Assembly (NCBI GenBank): GCA_963815455.1
Contig: CAWFGO010000003.1
Location: 32,001-96,000 of the forward strand
Source of the DNA: an uncultured Verrucomicrobiae bacterium
GTDB lineage: Bacteria; Verrucomicrobiota; Verrucomicrobiia; Chthoniobacterales; UBA10450
Reading direction: 5' to 3'
Length of the DNA: 64,000 nt
In this document: one piece after another, positions 1 through 10,814 of the stretch
Layout: each line of letters begins with the position of its first letter
Position numbering within the stretch: the first letter of the stretch is position 1
Made by a program: the position numbers and the translations under genes
The notes under the pieces: generated by a model
Database searches by the model: none
Seen by the model: the letters and a program-made list of their open reading frames with translations, nothing else
Told to the model about the DNA's origin: nothing

Positions 1-908
1 GCTTTGACGGCGTTGGTTCCCGGCAACTGATACAAAGCGAGAATGGCCGCAGGTTGCCCGTTCAGCCTGCCTCTTAAGTTGTAAGTCTGCGCGCCGAGAT
101 CGATCCGCGCGATGTCCTTGACCCTAACGAACGAGCCGTCCAGATTTGCCCGAACGACGATCTCGCCGAATTCCTCCGGCGTTTGCAATCGTCCCTGTGC
201 TCGCACGGCATAAGTAAATTTCTGCCCGCTCGGAATCGGTTCGCCGCCGATCTGCCCGGCTGGATTTACCGTGTTCTGCTTTTGCACTGCGGTGATGATG
301 TCGGGCACGGTGATGCCAAGCTTCGCCAGCTGGTCCGGCTTCACCCACAAACGCATCGCGTATTGACCGGCGCCGAAAATCTGGACGTTTCCAATTCCCG
401 GCAGTCGCGTGAGTTGATCGAACAAATTAATGTAGCCGTAGTTCGCCAGAAAAATGTTGTCGTAGGTCCCTTTGGGCGAATACAGCGAGACCAGCATCAG
501 CGGCGCCGTCGTCGATTTCTTAACGGTCACGCCGTAGTTGTTCACGTCCGCGGGCAATTGCGACTGGGCTTGGGCGACGCGGAGCTGGGTCAGCACTTGA
601 TCGATGTTCGGATCGGTCGCGACGTCGAAATCGACAATCAATCGGATGTCGCCACTATTGGCGTTGATCGAATACATGTAATTCATGTTATCGACGCCGC
701 TCATCTGCTGCTCGATCGGCGCCGCGACCGATTGCTCAATCGTCAGCGCGTCCGCGCCGGTATAGTGCGTTTGCACTTGAATTTCCGGCGGCGCGATTTG
801 TGGATACTGCGCAATCGGCAAAGCGAGAATGCAGACGCCGCCAATCAGCACCATCAAAATCGCGATGACAATCGCGACAATTGGCCGCCTAACGAAAAAC
901 TCTGACAT
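1..908 (-). CDS. RND efflux transporter permease (HAE1/AcrB family), N-terminal part; runs off the window
   Basis: Read manually on the minus strand from ATG at 908: MSEFFVRRPIVAIVIAILMVLIGGVCILALPIAQYPQIAPPEIQV...IEQQMSGVDNMNYMYS; lies directly downstream of an RND adaptor. Confidence 0.93.
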   Translation of the reverse strand, partial: MSEFFVRRPIVAIVIAILMVLIGGVCILALPIAQYPQIAPPEIQVQTHYTGADALTIEQSVAAPIEQQMSGVDNMNYMYSINANSGDIRLIVDFDVATDPNIDQVLTQLRVAQAQSQLPADVNNYGVTVKKSTTAPLMLVSLYSPKGTYDNIFLANYGYINLFDQLTRLPGIGNVQIFGAGQYAMRLWVKPDQLAKLGITVPDIITAVQKQNTVNPAGQIGGEPIPSGQKFTYAVRAQGRLQTPEEFGEIVVRANLDGSFVRVKDIARIDLGAQTYNLRGRLNGQPAAILALYQLPGTNAVK

Positions 909-912
909 GCGA

Positions 913-2184
913 TCAGGGTTTTTGCGGGCTAACTGACGCGGCCGGAGTAGGGGACGACGCTGGAGGTGTCCACTCTTTCGTTGTCACGGTTGAGCCGTCG
1001 CGAACTTTTTGCAGTCCCTGCACGACGACTTTATCGCCAGGCTTCAAGCCTTCAGTCACTTCCCAAAGCGCACCAACGCGCTCGCCCATCTTCACCGGAT
1101 GAATGCTTATCTTGTTGTTTTGATCGACAACTGTGACCTGATAATTGCCCTGCAATTCTGTCACCGCCTCTTGCGGAACAACGAGCGCGTTCTGCACCGC
1201 GTCCGGGACGAACCGCACCTTCCCAAATTGCCCCGGCCGCAAAGTAGCGTCTGGATTTGGAAAGGTCACGTAGTAGCGGATCGATCCGGTTTTTGGGTCC
1301 AGGTTTCGATCCAGCGCGTAGAACCTTCCTTTTCTCGGATAGACTTTGCCGTCGCCTAGAATCAAGTCGAAGTCGATTCTCTTGAGAAGAGCCTGGCGTT
1401 TCTCCATATCCGGATAGCGCGCAAAGAAATCGGTGAACGCGCCTTCGCCCACCGTCACGATCGCCTTGATCGGATCGATCTGCGACACCGTCGTGAGCGG
1501 AGTTGTTAATGATGGACCGACCAGATCGCCAACCTGACTATTGGCGAACCCGGCCAGCCCATCGATCGGGGAGGTGATCTTGGTGTAGCCAAGATTCAGC
1601 TCGGCAGTTTCCACCGCGGCTTTGTCCGCTTCGACGTTTGCTCTGCTCGAACCGGCCGCTGCCACGGCGGTATCTCGCTCCTGATCGCTGATGACTTTTC
1701 TATTAAACAAATCTAGTGCGCGTTTTTCGTCTGCGTCCGTCTTTGCTTGATTAGCCTGGTCTTTCGCCAAAGTCCCTTTCGCCTGGGCGAGCGCCGCTTC
1801 GAATGGCCGCGGATCGATCTGGAAAAGCAGGTCGCCTTTCTTAACCAGGCTGCCTTCCTGATAATCGCGCGAAATGATGTAGCCCTGGACCTGGGCGTTG
1901 ATGTTCGCGTTGATGAATCCGTCCAGCGTCGCGACGCGTTCCAACACCCGCGGCACGTCTCGCGGTTGAACGGTTGTGACCAGGACTTCCGGCGCAGGCG
2001 GTCCGGCTTGCACCGCTTTGCGCGAGCACGCCGTAAACGGCGCAAAAAGCAGTGCGAAAGCGGCTGCGACGGTAACTATTCGCCGGTTGCCCATGACATT
2101 TCTTAGTCCAATTGAAACCCTGGGTTCAAGAAAATGCCAGCACATCTTCAGCTGCCTGATTGGGAATGACCGGTCAAGTCGCAA
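913..2184 (-). CDS. RND efflux periplasmic adaptor (AcrA/MexA-like lipoprotein); true start probably near 2094
   Basis: Lipobox-like FTAC, GSLVKKGDLLFQIDPRPF, LNLGYTKITSPIDG, LRPGQFG, GLKPGDKVVVQG. Confidence 0.93.
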   Translation of the reverse strand: MRLDRSFPIRQLKMCWHFLEPRVSIGLRNVMGNRRIVTVAAAFALLFAPFTACSRKAVQAGPPAPEVLVTTVQPRDVPRVLERVATLDGFINANINAQVQGYIISRDYQEGSLVKKGDLLFQIDPRPFEAALAQAKGTLAKDQANQAKTDADEKRALDLFNRKVISDQERDTAVAAAGSSRANVEADKAAVETAELNLGYTKITSPIDGLAGFANSQVGDLVGPSLTTPLTTVSQIDPIKAIVTVGEGAFTDFFARYPDMEKRQALLKRIDFDLILGDGKVYPRKGRFYALDRNLDPKTGSIRYYVTFPNPDATLRPGQFGKVRFVPDAVQNALVVPQEAVTELQGNYQVTVVDQNNKISIHPVKMGERVGALWEVTEGLKPGDKVVVQGLQKVRDGSTVTTKEWTPPASSPTPAASVSPQKP

Positions 2185-2278
2185 AACCCGCGACGGTTGA
2201 CTGATAATTCAGGATATCATTTCTAAATTTACTTCCTGTCCATTCCTGAGAAATATTTTCTTCGTCCACAAAATCAAA

Positions 2279-2746
2279 ATGAACTACGTCATCTTGTTAA
2301 CTCTGGTTATTGGCTTCGCTGCCGGATTGCGCTCACTGACCCCGCCAGCGCTCGTGGCCTGGGCTGCCCACCTGGGCTGGTTGAATCTCAGCAATTCCCC
2401 ACTCGCCTTCATGGGATCGACAATCGCTGTCGTGATCTTTTCGCTTTTGGCGGTGTTTGAGCTCATTAGCGATCTGCGCCCGCAAACGCCGAAACGAACC
2501 GGGCCTGTACCGCTCATCGCGCGTATTATCATGGGCGGTCTTTGCGGGGCCTGCGTTTGCTCAGCAGCAAATCAATCGTTGATCGTCGGTGCGATTCTGG
2601 GCGCGATCGGCGCCGTGATCGGAGCCTTTATCGGTTACGAAATCCGGCGCCGTTTGGTCGCCGCGTTAAATATTAAAGATATTTTTATCGCGCTGTTTGA
2701 GGATTTCGTCACGATCGGAGCCGCGTATTTTGTTGTCATGCGTTGA
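2279..2746 (+). CDS. DUF4126-like membrane protein
   Basis: GFAAGLRSLTPPA...ELISDLRPQTPKRT...ARI...G; hydrophobic helices. Confidence 0.7.
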   Translation: MNYVILLTLVIGFAAGLRSLTPPALVAWAAHLGWLNLSNSPLAFMGSTIAVVIFSLLAVFELISDLRPQTPKRTGPVPLIARIIMGGLCGACVCSAANQSLIVGAILGAIGAVIGAFIGYEIRRRLVAALNIKDIFIALFEDFVTIGAAYFVVMR

Positions 2747-2927
2747 CTGAGTTCGAGTTTGCTCGTCACTGGTCACTCGCCACTGGTCACTTCTTTTTAT
2801 ATCACCATCAGCCTTCGCGTATCTCGCAGTTACACACTAACTCGGCTGCCGACGAACTCGTTAGGACCATCGCTTTCAAATGCCGGTCCACGCTGGAGCA
2901 GCTCGCACCTCGGAATCGATGCGCCTT

Positions 2928-3455
2928 CTACGCTCGGGTTGGCGGCACGAGCAGCATCCGAAGGAACTGCATCACCGCCGCGAACAGGTGGACGGAGATC
3001 GCGGCGAAGAACGGCCAGAAAAGGTTCCAGACTGCGAAGTTGACGACCTGCAGCGCAGCCGCTGCCGTGGCCATGGCTCCGATACCGTAGAAAAGAAATC
3101 GGTTGATCATCCGCAGTTCATTTACGGGAAGAGGCTGCGACGGATTCCGCAGCGAAACAAAAACGAACACTTGGCACACGAAAGCGAAACCGCTACACCA
3201 GCGCCAGATGGAGGCCGGCACTGGGTCGACACTCAGGAGCACCATCCCGAAGACCGAAAAGACGAGCGGCGCGACGGAGTTCGTCAGCAACAAGGTCAGG
3301 CGCAAGCGATCAAGCACCGACCACTCGTGGACTGATTGCGGACGGAACACGACCACGATCCCGGCAAATCCTGCCAGGGTAACCGCGACCTGCGCCGCCA
3401 CTCCCAGAGCTTCACTCGGTTGCATTCCACCCCGATTAAGCTGCAACGCGGCCAA
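2928..3455 (-). CDS. Hypothetical multi-pass membrane protein
   Basis: Begins AQVAVTLAGFAGIVVVF; about 5 hydrophobic segments. Confidence 0.65.
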   Translation of the reverse strand: MAALQLNRGGMQPSEALGVAAQVAVTLAGFAGIVVVFRPQSVHEWSVLDRLRLTLLLTNSVAPLVFSVFGMVLLSVDPVPASIWRWCSGFAFVCQVFVFVSLRNPSQPLPVNELRMINRFLFYGIGAMATAAAALQVVNFAVWNLFWPFFAAISVHLFAAVMQFLRMLLVPPTRA

Positions 3456-3629
3456 TTGATCAATCCTAAGAAAGGAGGCGTTTGGTGTAGAGGCGGCTGT
3501 GTCAGCCGCAAAGGTTCGGTGTTCGATGTTTCACCGCGTGAGGCGCAGCCTTTACGCGGTTCGACGTCTCCGTGATTTCTCCTGCACGCCTCAACCGCCC
3601 CTTTACGCTCTCCACCTTCTTCGAGTCAA

Positions 3630-3980
3630 TCAGCCGTGCAATTCGAACCAAGCAGGATTCAGATGGGCCAGCGGCTCTTTCAGCTTTTTGAGCTGCGCGG
3701 CCGGTCCGTGGACTTCAAGGCGAATCAGGTTGGCCATGGTTAACGCCTGTGCCAGCATCGCGCCCACGTTCTCCAGGTGCGCCAGCAGTGCTTCGGCATT
3801 GACATAGCCTTCACGGCAAAACACTTCGTCGCCGCTGATGCTGAACTCGTAGAAAAGGTTGCCCGCTTCGGTCCGCGTCTTCGCAGCGAATTCAGGCAAT
3901 ATCGCCTTCAAAAGCGGCAGTTTGTCCGGAGGCACCTTGAAGTAGGGATGAAGACTGACGAATCCCGAAAGCCGATTCAT
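3630..3980 (-). CDS. ABM-like (antibiotic biosynthesis monooxygenase fold) protein
   Basis: KTRTEAGNLFYEF...CREGYVNAEALLAHLENV pattern; 116 aa. Confidence 0.7.
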   Translation of the reverse strand: MNRLSGFVSLHPYFKVPPDKLPLLKAILPEFAAKTRTEAGNLFYEFSISGDEVFCREGYVNAEALLAHLENVGAMLAQALTMANLIRLEVHGPAAQLKKLKEPLAHLNPAWFELHG

Positions 3981-4103
3981 GCCCCAATCATAGCCTCGGC
4001 GTCCTCCGGAGTCGAGGCTAGTGGGCCCTAGACTGACCCCGCTCCGTCCGCTCTAACGAGATTGCGATTTTTGGTTATGCAATGGCGGACAAGCCCTTCT
4101 CGA

Positions 4104-4360
4104 TCACTGACGCTTCTTTAGAGCCTTCTCGATTCGAGGATCGGGAATCAACCACAAGAGCGCGCCAAACACATAAAGTGCGCTGGCGATCCACGAGTTT
4201 ACAAACGCGAGCGGGATCGCGGCGAGGTAGAGCGCGAGAGAGAATGTGCCTTTCCACTCCTTGCCAATTGTCAACGCGAGAAGCGATTCGCGGCCTTGTT
4301 TGGCGATGATGGCGCGCTCGAGAATATAGTACGCAATCGCCGCCATCGACAATACGAAGC
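4104..4360 (-). pseudogene. C-terminal fragment of a TMEM175/DUF1211 family potassium channel
   Basis: FVLSMAAIAYYILERAII...GKEWKG...SLALYLAAIPLAF...ALLWLIPDPRIEK; the N-terminal half is missing. Confidence 0.75.
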
Positions 4361-4812
4361 TTCGGTAACGAGCGAGCCGCCCCCAGTGACTTTAACGCTG
4401 CCAAGACCCTGAGTAAGCAATCGATCCGGATCAACAGCGAGCGTCGGGAATGGAATGAATGCGCGATCGTAACCGGCAGCCGCCGATGCGACCAAATATG
4501 GATAGTAGGCGCTCTCGCTCAATCCAACCGCCGCCGCCGCTTGCCGCGCATGTTCCCACGCGACACGAGTTTCGGGATTGTTTCGTTGCGCGATGTCGAT
4601 CGATTCGGCAAGGCCGTAAATTTTTCTGGGATTGATCGACACCCGCGAAGCGCCTTCAGCGTTATCAAAACGGTGGCTGGCGAGCTCACTTTCGTAATTC
4701 GGAAGATTCGGCGGTGCCAAGTCCGATCAGCGCTCGGCGGAGGATCATTCCGCGCGTTCGCAACGGCGAATGCCAGAAACAACAAAGGCACGCTTAAGTA
4801 GCGGGGATTCAT
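4360..4812 (-). pseudogene. N-terminal fragment of a TolC-family outer-membrane efflux protein (also frameshifted)
   Basis: Signal peptide, then IDIAQRNNPETRVAWEHARQAAAAVGLSESAYYP; ends abruptly after about 150 codons. Confidence 0.75.
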
Positions 4813-5033
4813 TCTCCACCTCTTTAAATTCCTCTAAGGGTTCTATCAGCTTGCACTAACCAAGCCCAGCTAAAGCTACAAGGTGCCTGGTATTCTTGCT
4901 TCTTTCTCAAGTTTTTGGAGCCGCCGGTTTCAGAAAATCTTAGATTTCTTTCCTGAACCGCGGATGCGGAGAGCGCCCTCGGTTCAGAAATCGGTTCGCT
5001 TGATGGGACACTGGTCGCGCTTTCTTGGAGGTG

Positions 5034-5357
5034 TCAGTTGATCCAAAGACCGACCAGTTCAATGGCGAGGCGACCTGTGAGAAACAGCCACGGAATGGCA
5101 ATGACGACGACCTGCAAGTAGCGAGTGGCGTCCCTGTCACCGTCGACCTGCGGGTCTCGACCGAACAGTCGACGCCAGTGCCGAACGATGTACGCACCGG
5201 CGAGCAGATTGATGATAAGAAAGAATGCTCCGGCAATTGTAAGTGCTGGACGAGCGGCGGGATCAATGAGTGCAATTATAATTTGTGCTTTGTTCATGCA
5301 AATACCATCCGCTGTGAAGCACGTGTTTGTGAAAGACAATGTTTCTTGCCTCAGCAT
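5034..5357 (-). CDS. Small hypothetical membrane protein
   Basis: Two hydrophobic helices; divergent from the LysR gene; start uncertain. Confidence 0.4.
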   Translation of the reverse strand: MLRQETLSFTNTCFTADGICMNKAQIIIALIDPAARPALTIAGAFFLIINLLAGAYIVRHWRRLFGRDPQVDGDRDATRYLQVVVIAIPWLFLTGRLAIELVGLWIN

Positions 5358-5384
5358 AACTAGCAGACATACTGCTTCTCAGCC

Positions 5385-6281
5385 GTGGAACTGAGGCACC
5401 TGCGCTACTTTGTTGCCGTGGCGGAGATGGAAAACGTCTCGCGCGCGGCGCTCAAGCTGCATGTCTCGCAGCCGGCGTTAAGCCGGCAAATCCGCGATCT
5501 CGAAGACGAAATTGGATTTTGCCTGCTCGAACGCACGGCCAAGTCGGTTCGGTTGACCGATGCGGGCCGCGCGTTTCTCGACAATGCGCGCGCGTTGTTG
5601 CAAAACGCGGACGAAGCCGTCAGCAAGGCGCGCGCGGTTGCAAGCGCAGAACCTACCGAACTCCAGGTCGGCTATTCACAGACGCCAACCGCCGAAATTC
5701 TGCCCAACACCTTACGCGCATTTCAGAGAAAAATGCCAAACGTGCACGTGAGAACGCATGATTGGACCAACAAAGATATTCTTGATGGGATACGCGGTGG
5801 CCGGCTTCAACTTGGATTGATCGTCCCTCCTGCGAAGACTAGTGCGCTGCACGACCTGCGATATGAGGAGTTGCTCCAAGAACGCGTTTGCGTAGCCGTG
5901 GCCTCGCAGCATCCGTTTGCCCGACGCCGCACCGTTCCGATTATGGAGGTTGCCGCCGAACCGTTGATTGGCCTCACCCGCGAAGATTATACGAGTTACT
6001 ACGACTATCTCTCGATCATCTTTTCGAAGGTGAAACAGAAACCGCGGGTGGTGGAGGAGCACGACAGTTTTTCCGGCGTTATGTCAGCCGTCGAAGCAGG
6101 GACCGGTGTCGCCATTTGTTCAGATGTTTTTTGTCGGAGTTTCGGAAACCGGGTAAAACTTTTGCACCTCACTCCTGAGCCGAAACCATTCTCGGTCGGC
6201 ATCGTCGGGCGAAAAGGCCGGCTCAGCCCAGCCGCGGAAAAATTCTGGCAGTGCGCCAAAGAAGCTGCGTCAGGAAAATAA
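5385..6281 (+). CDS. LysR-family transcriptional regulator
   Basis: MELRHLRYFVAVAE...SRAALKLHVSQPALSRQIRDLEDEIG HTH; 298 aa. Confidence 0.96.
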   Translation: MELRHLRYFVAVAEMENVSRAALKLHVSQPALSRQIRDLEDEIGFCLLERTAKSVRLTDAGRAFLDNARALLQNADEAVSKARAVASAEPTELQVGYSQTPTAEILPNTLRAFQRKMPNVHVRTHDWTNKDILDGIRGGRLQLGLIVPPAKTSALHDLRYEELLQERVCVAVASQHPFARRRTVPIMEVAAEPLIGLTREDYTSYYDYLSIIFSKVKQKPRVVEEHDSFSGVMSAVEAGTGVAICSDVFCRSFGNRVKLLHLTPEPKPFSVGIVGRKGRLSPAAEKFWQCAKEAASGK

Positions 6282-6291
6282 TCGCGATGGC

Positions 6292-6504
6292 CTAACGAAT
6301 CATTTTGTAAGACAAAAACTGCGGCCGGGAAATTTGGTCGGCCGACAACAAGCCGGTGGCCACTAGGTAGAGCATGGGACGAAAGAGATGGTAGTTGCGC
6401 TTGTCGATCAGCGTCACGCTGACGGGAGCGCCGACTAACCCGCGTGCTGCGCAAAGTCCGCCAAAACCGCCGCCGATGATCACCACGCGAGGCGGATTAT
6501 TCAC
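6292..6504 (-). pseudogene. Truncated NAD(P)/FAD-dependent oxidoreductase (NDH-2-like N-terminus)
   Basis: RVVIIGGGFGGL...VTLIDKRNYHLFRPMLY.VATG.LS; only 70 aa, ends next to the LysR stop. Confidence 0.8.
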
Positions 6505-6516
6505 TCAAGGGCTATC

Positions 6517-6972
6517 TCATTTGTGGTCGTGGATCGGCGTTAACAGTGGTTCTTTCGTGTCCGTATCCACCACCATCACGGCCAGCATCTTGGCAGGTTC
6601 GGTCTTGCTCGCATTCTCATCAACAGTGTGTCGGTCACCAGGCATCTCGGAGAAGTTCTGTCCGGCTTTATAAACAACGGCCGGCCCATCATTGACCGAG
6701 GTTCGGACCGCTCCTTCGAGAACGGTTGCATAGGTGAAAGCAGATTTGGGATGGATGTGGGCCCCCGTCGCAACGCCGGGACCATATTCGACCAGGATAC
6801 CCTTCATACTTTTGCCGGGCACATTCGGCAGCGCGTGGTCGAAGACGATCGTAACCTTTGGACCTTCGTCATCGGCAATCCCCGAGCGCACGCCAACTGT
6901 GGCCACCAATGCGCAAACAATAAGTGTCAGGCGCAACAGCCCGACTGATTCTGAAGTTCGGATTCGTTTCAT
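6517..6972 (-). CDS. Secreted cupin-domain protein
   Basis: Signal peptide; VEYGPG...AHIHP...YATVLEG...GQNFSEMPGDRH. Confidence 0.88.
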   Translation of the reverse strand: MKRIRTSESVGLLRLTLIVCALVATVGVRSGIADDEGPKVTIVFDHALPNVPGKSMKGILVEYGPGVATGAHIHPKSAFTYATVLEGAVRTSVNDGPAVVYKAGQNFSEMPGDRHTVDENASKTEPAKMLAVMVVDTDTKEPLLTPIHDHK

Positions 6973-7026
6973 TGTGATGTTCTTCCTCGTTTTGGTTGGG
7001 TTGACTCTAACTTGTTAGGGAAGCGG

Positions 7027-7787
7027 TCACTTCTGCTGAGCCGTGCGGCTAAGCCAGTCCGCGAAATGGCAGGAACCGAGCAGCGATTTCCCGGCCGGCA
7101 CGAGGCTGCCCTTCTCGAGCGTCGTTCCGAAGTAGAGCGCCTGGTCGTCCCTAACGACCGTGCGGGGATCATGCTTTGCCTCGAGATATTGGCGGACCAG
7201 CTCGTCGAACGGGAGCGCGTCAGGTCCAGCGATTTCAAGCGTTCCATTCAGCGGCCTGGCCACGGCGATCTTGGCCACGTTAGCGGCGAGATCGTCCGAA
7301 AAGATCGGCTGGAACAAGGCCGATGGCAGGCGAACCCGACGCGGTCGGGGGTGGTCGCCCCATCAGCGATGCGCCCAACGAACTCAAAGAACTGCGTCGA
7401 ACGGAGAATCGTGTAAGGAATCGGCGAGGCCTTGATCAGTTTTTCCTGGGCCACTTTCGCGCGCATGTATCCGCTTGCGGGAAGCTGATCAGTACCGACG
7501 ATCGAGACCGCGACGTGATGCCCCACGCCGGTCTTCGCCTCGGCGGCAAGCACGTTGCGGGTGGAGGTTTCGAAGAATTCGAGAACGGCCTTGTCTTCGA
7601 ATGAAGGAGAGTTCGTAAGGTCCACGACCGATTGCGCGCCGGTTAGAGCTTCAGTTAGACCTTCGCCGGTAATGGAGTTGATGCCTTGCGAAGGAGATGC
7701 GGCAACGACTTCGTGGCCGTCGGCGCGAAGGAGGTTTACCACTTTGCTTCCGATGAGGCCGCTGCCTCCAAGAATAATGATTTTCAT
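7027..7787 (-). CDS. SDR/NmrA-like NAD(P)-binding oxidoreductase (frameshifted)
   Basis: MKIIILGGSGLIG...GYMRAKVAQE...LRSTQFFEF continuing in another frame as FQPIFSDD...EIAGPD. Confidence 0.85.
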
Positions 7788-7803
7788 AATCGTGTTTTTG
7801 GTT

Positions 7804-8798
7804 TCAGCTTTTGAAGAACGCGAGCAGGTCGGCGTTAATGATCGTCGGCGTGCGTCGTGATCATGCCGTGAGGCAAATCCTTGTATGTCTTCAGCGTGCC
7901 GTTCTTGAGAAGCTTGGCTGAGAGTGGACCGGCGGCCTGATAGGGAACGATCTGGTCGTCCTCGCTATGCATGACCAGAACCGGCATCGAGATCTTTTTC
8001 AGATCTTCCGTGAAGTCGGTCTGCGAGAAGGCGACGATGCCGTCATAACCTGCCTTGGCGCCGCCCATCATGCCCTGGCGCCACCAGTTCCAAATGAGAG
8101 GCTCGATCGTTTTCACTCCGGGACGATTGAAGCCATAGAACGGACCGGCCGGCAGATCGTAATAAAACTTGGCCCGGTTGGCGGCGAGCTGGGCTTGGAG
8201 ATCGTCGAACACTGATTTGGGCAGGCCTAACGGATTGTCCGGCGTCTTCACCATCAGCGGCGGCACCGCGCTAATGATCGCCGCCTTTGCCACATTCTTG
8301 TCGCCGTGACGGGCGAGATAATGCACCACCTGACCGCCGCCGGTCGAATGGCCGACGTGAATCGCGTCCTTGAGGTTGAGATGATCGGTGACGGCCTTCA
8401 GATCGTCGGCATAATGGTCCATATCATGTCCGTCCCCAGTTTGACTCGAGCGACCATGTCCGCGCCGATCGGTGGCAATGACGCGATAGCCTTTGCTCAG
8501 GAAAAACAGCATCTGCGGGTCCCAATCATCCGCCGAGAGCGGCCAGCCGTGACTGAACACAATCGGCTGCCCGCTGCCCCAGTCTTTATAATAGATGTGA
8601 TATTCCGTCCTTGGTGGTAACCGTGTCTCCCTTGAATTTTTCGGTTGCGCCTTTTGCCTGCGACGTTGACGAGTTCGCAGCCGTGGCGGTCGCGGGAAGT
8701 CCGGCGATTGCGGCGAGCCCAGCGGTGCCGGCCAGAAATTTTCGACGCGAGATATCGACGTTAGCGTTCTTTTCGTTTCCAAACGGGACGTGTGACAT
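7804..8798 (-). CDS. Non-heme chloroperoxidase/arylesterase-like alpha/beta hydrolase with Tat signal (frameshifted)
   Basis: ISRRKFLAG signal; YYKDWGSGQPIVFSHGWPL, DRRGHGRS, GHSTGGG, DDQIVP, PHG, INADLLAFFKS*. Confidence 0.9.
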
Positions 8799-8929
8799 AC
8801 TGAATTTCCTTTCGCTTCCAGTAATGCGAGCGAGCACTTCGCTCACGGATTACCCGGCGGAAAGCGGGTCCGGTGGAGCTCGTTTTTGCGGAGACGCCAA
8901 CGGACTTGGCGCTGCATTTAGCTTGAGGC

Positions 8930-9923
8930 GTGGCCCTACGCCCAGTCAAGTTACAACTGTGTGACGTTCTCCAGGTAGGCCGACAAAAAGCTCGGAAATT
9001 ACGTCGCCTGCTTTATACTTGGTCAAGCGCTATTCGTTATTTTCTAATTGTCATCCTCGCTTCACTCGCGACTGTTCGCGCTGCTCCTCAACCAATCGCG
9101 ACGCGTGACGCGAAGATCGACAATGTGCAATTGCATTATCTTATCTGCCGGTCACGGTCCGGCCGTTGTTCTGCTGCACGGATACACCCAGACTTCGCGG
9201 ATGTGGCGGCCGATCATTCCGTTGCTCGCCGAGAAGTTCACTGTGATTGCGCCGGATTTGCCGGGCATCGGCGATTCTTCAATTCCCGCGGAAACAACGA
9301 AATCAGCATGAGTCGTTGCGGCAAAACAAATCCACGATCTCGTTCGCTCACTGAAGATCGACAAGGCACGCGTGGTTGGTCATGACATCGGATTGATGGT
9401 CGCTTACGCGTATGCTGCCCAATTCCCGAGTGAAACCGAGAAGCTTGCGGTGATGGACGCGTTTCTTCCGGGCGTGCCCGGTTGGGAACCGATCTACAAC
9501 GCTCCGAACATCTGGCATTTCCGATTCAACGGCGAGTATCCCGAAAAGTTAGTAAAGGGGCGCGAGCGAACCTACTTTGAATATTTCTGGAACGTTCTCG
9601 CTGCGGACAGAACTCATTCGATCCTTGAAGCGGATCGGAAAGCGTACACGGCAGCATATTCGCGACCGGGACGCATGCACGCCGGCTGGGCCTACTTTGC
9701 CTCGTGGCCGCAACTGGCCAAAGATTTTGCGAAACTGTCTCAGACCAAGCTGACGATGCCGGTCTTGTCCATCGGCGGTGACAAGGCAAACGGCAACGAA
9801 CTAGCCGAACAGATGAAGCTCGTCGCCACCGATGTGAAAACCATCGTGCTGAAAGACACCGGCCACTGGATTTCCGAAGAACGGCCGAAGGAAACAACCG
9901 ACGCCCTTGTGAAGTTTCTTTAA
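8930..9923 (+). CDS. Alpha/beta hydrolase, epoxide hydrolase-like (frameshifted; start uncertain)
   Basis: GHGPAVVLLHGYTQTS..W, APDLPGIGDS, VGHDIG, GHWISEE spread over three frames. Confidence 0.85.
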
Positions 9924-10048
9924 TTCTGGGAAGCGCACCCAGCTCGGGTGCTGGTCGCGGCGCCCTCGCCGCGACGAACTTTAGATCAGCTCGCGCAGCG
10001 CTACTGTCGATCTTGCCAAACCAGGCTCGGGGAGAAGATCATGCCCGC

Positions 10049-10552
10049 ATGAAACTCTGGGCTTGGGACGAGAAGAATCTTCCTTCAATCACGCATGCCC
10101 TCCGCACCGCTGCGGCGGCGACCATCTCGGTCATCATCGCGCGGTTGGTTCAAATGCCCGAGGCCTACTGGGCCGCGATTGCAACGTTGGTCGTTATGCA
10201 ATCTACTCTCGGCGCGACGCTGACACTCTCGATCGAGCGAATCGCCGCTACCGCCGTAGGTGCGTCGGTTGGAGCGCTCGAGGCAAATTATTTTAAAGCA
10301 AATCTGGTCGTGTTCGCGGTTGCGATCTTTCTCGTCGGGTTGCTGTCGTTTGCGTTTCGTTTGGAGAAGACCGCATATCGCTACGCGAGCATTACTCTCA
10401 CCATCATCGTTCTAATTCCTCGCTCGGAAGTGCCGTGGGCGATCGCTTTGCATAGATTCATTGAAGTCTCAGTCGGAATCATCGTGGCTCTTGCGGTCGC
10501 GGCGCTGTGGCCGGAACGACAGCCGAGCCCGGCCAAGAGCACAGATGAATAA
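10049..10552 (+). CDS. FUSC-family (aromatic acid exporter-like) membrane protein
   Basis: EAYWAAIATLVVMQS...RIAATAVGA...HRFIEVSVGI. Confidence 0.85.
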   Translation: MKLWAWDEKNLPSITHALRTAAAATISVIIARLVQMPEAYWAAIATLVVMQSTLGATLTLSIERIAATAVGASVGALEANYFKANLVVFAVAIFLVGLLSFAFRLEKTAYRYASITLTIIVLIPRSEVPWAIALHRFIEVSVGIIVALAVAALWPERQPSPAKSTDE

Positions 10553-10625
10553 CAACGCGAGAGGATGCCGCCGGCGATTTCCATCAACAATGAACTTCAG
10601 CTTTGCCTAAGGTTCAAAAAGCTGT

Positions 10626-10814
10626 TTGTCTTCCAAGATGCGCAAGAGCAGCTGGATCAAGGCAATCATTGCAGGAGCGCTTCTTTGGATCGCGATCAGT
10701 CTGGTGGTGATGGCGAACCGACCCGCCACTGCCGGTTCTGTGATCGCGACGATTGAAGTCGTACTGTCTCTGGTCGTGACAATCATTGCCTGCCTTATCC
10801 TTCGCTGGCCATAA
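10626..10814 (+). CDS. Small two-TM hypothetical protein
   Basis: MRKSSWIKAIIAGALLWIAISLVV... with two hydrophobic helices. Confidence 0.4.
   Translation: MSSKMRKSSWIKAIIAGALLWIAISLVVMANRPATAGSVIATIEVVLSLVVTIIACLILRWP

Noticed and set aside
183..905. 240-aa plus-strand ORF and many similar antisense ORFs (e.g. 13799-14602, 34932-35750, 54447-55256)
   Set aside because: These are shadow ORFs opposite well-supported genes in GC-rich DNA.
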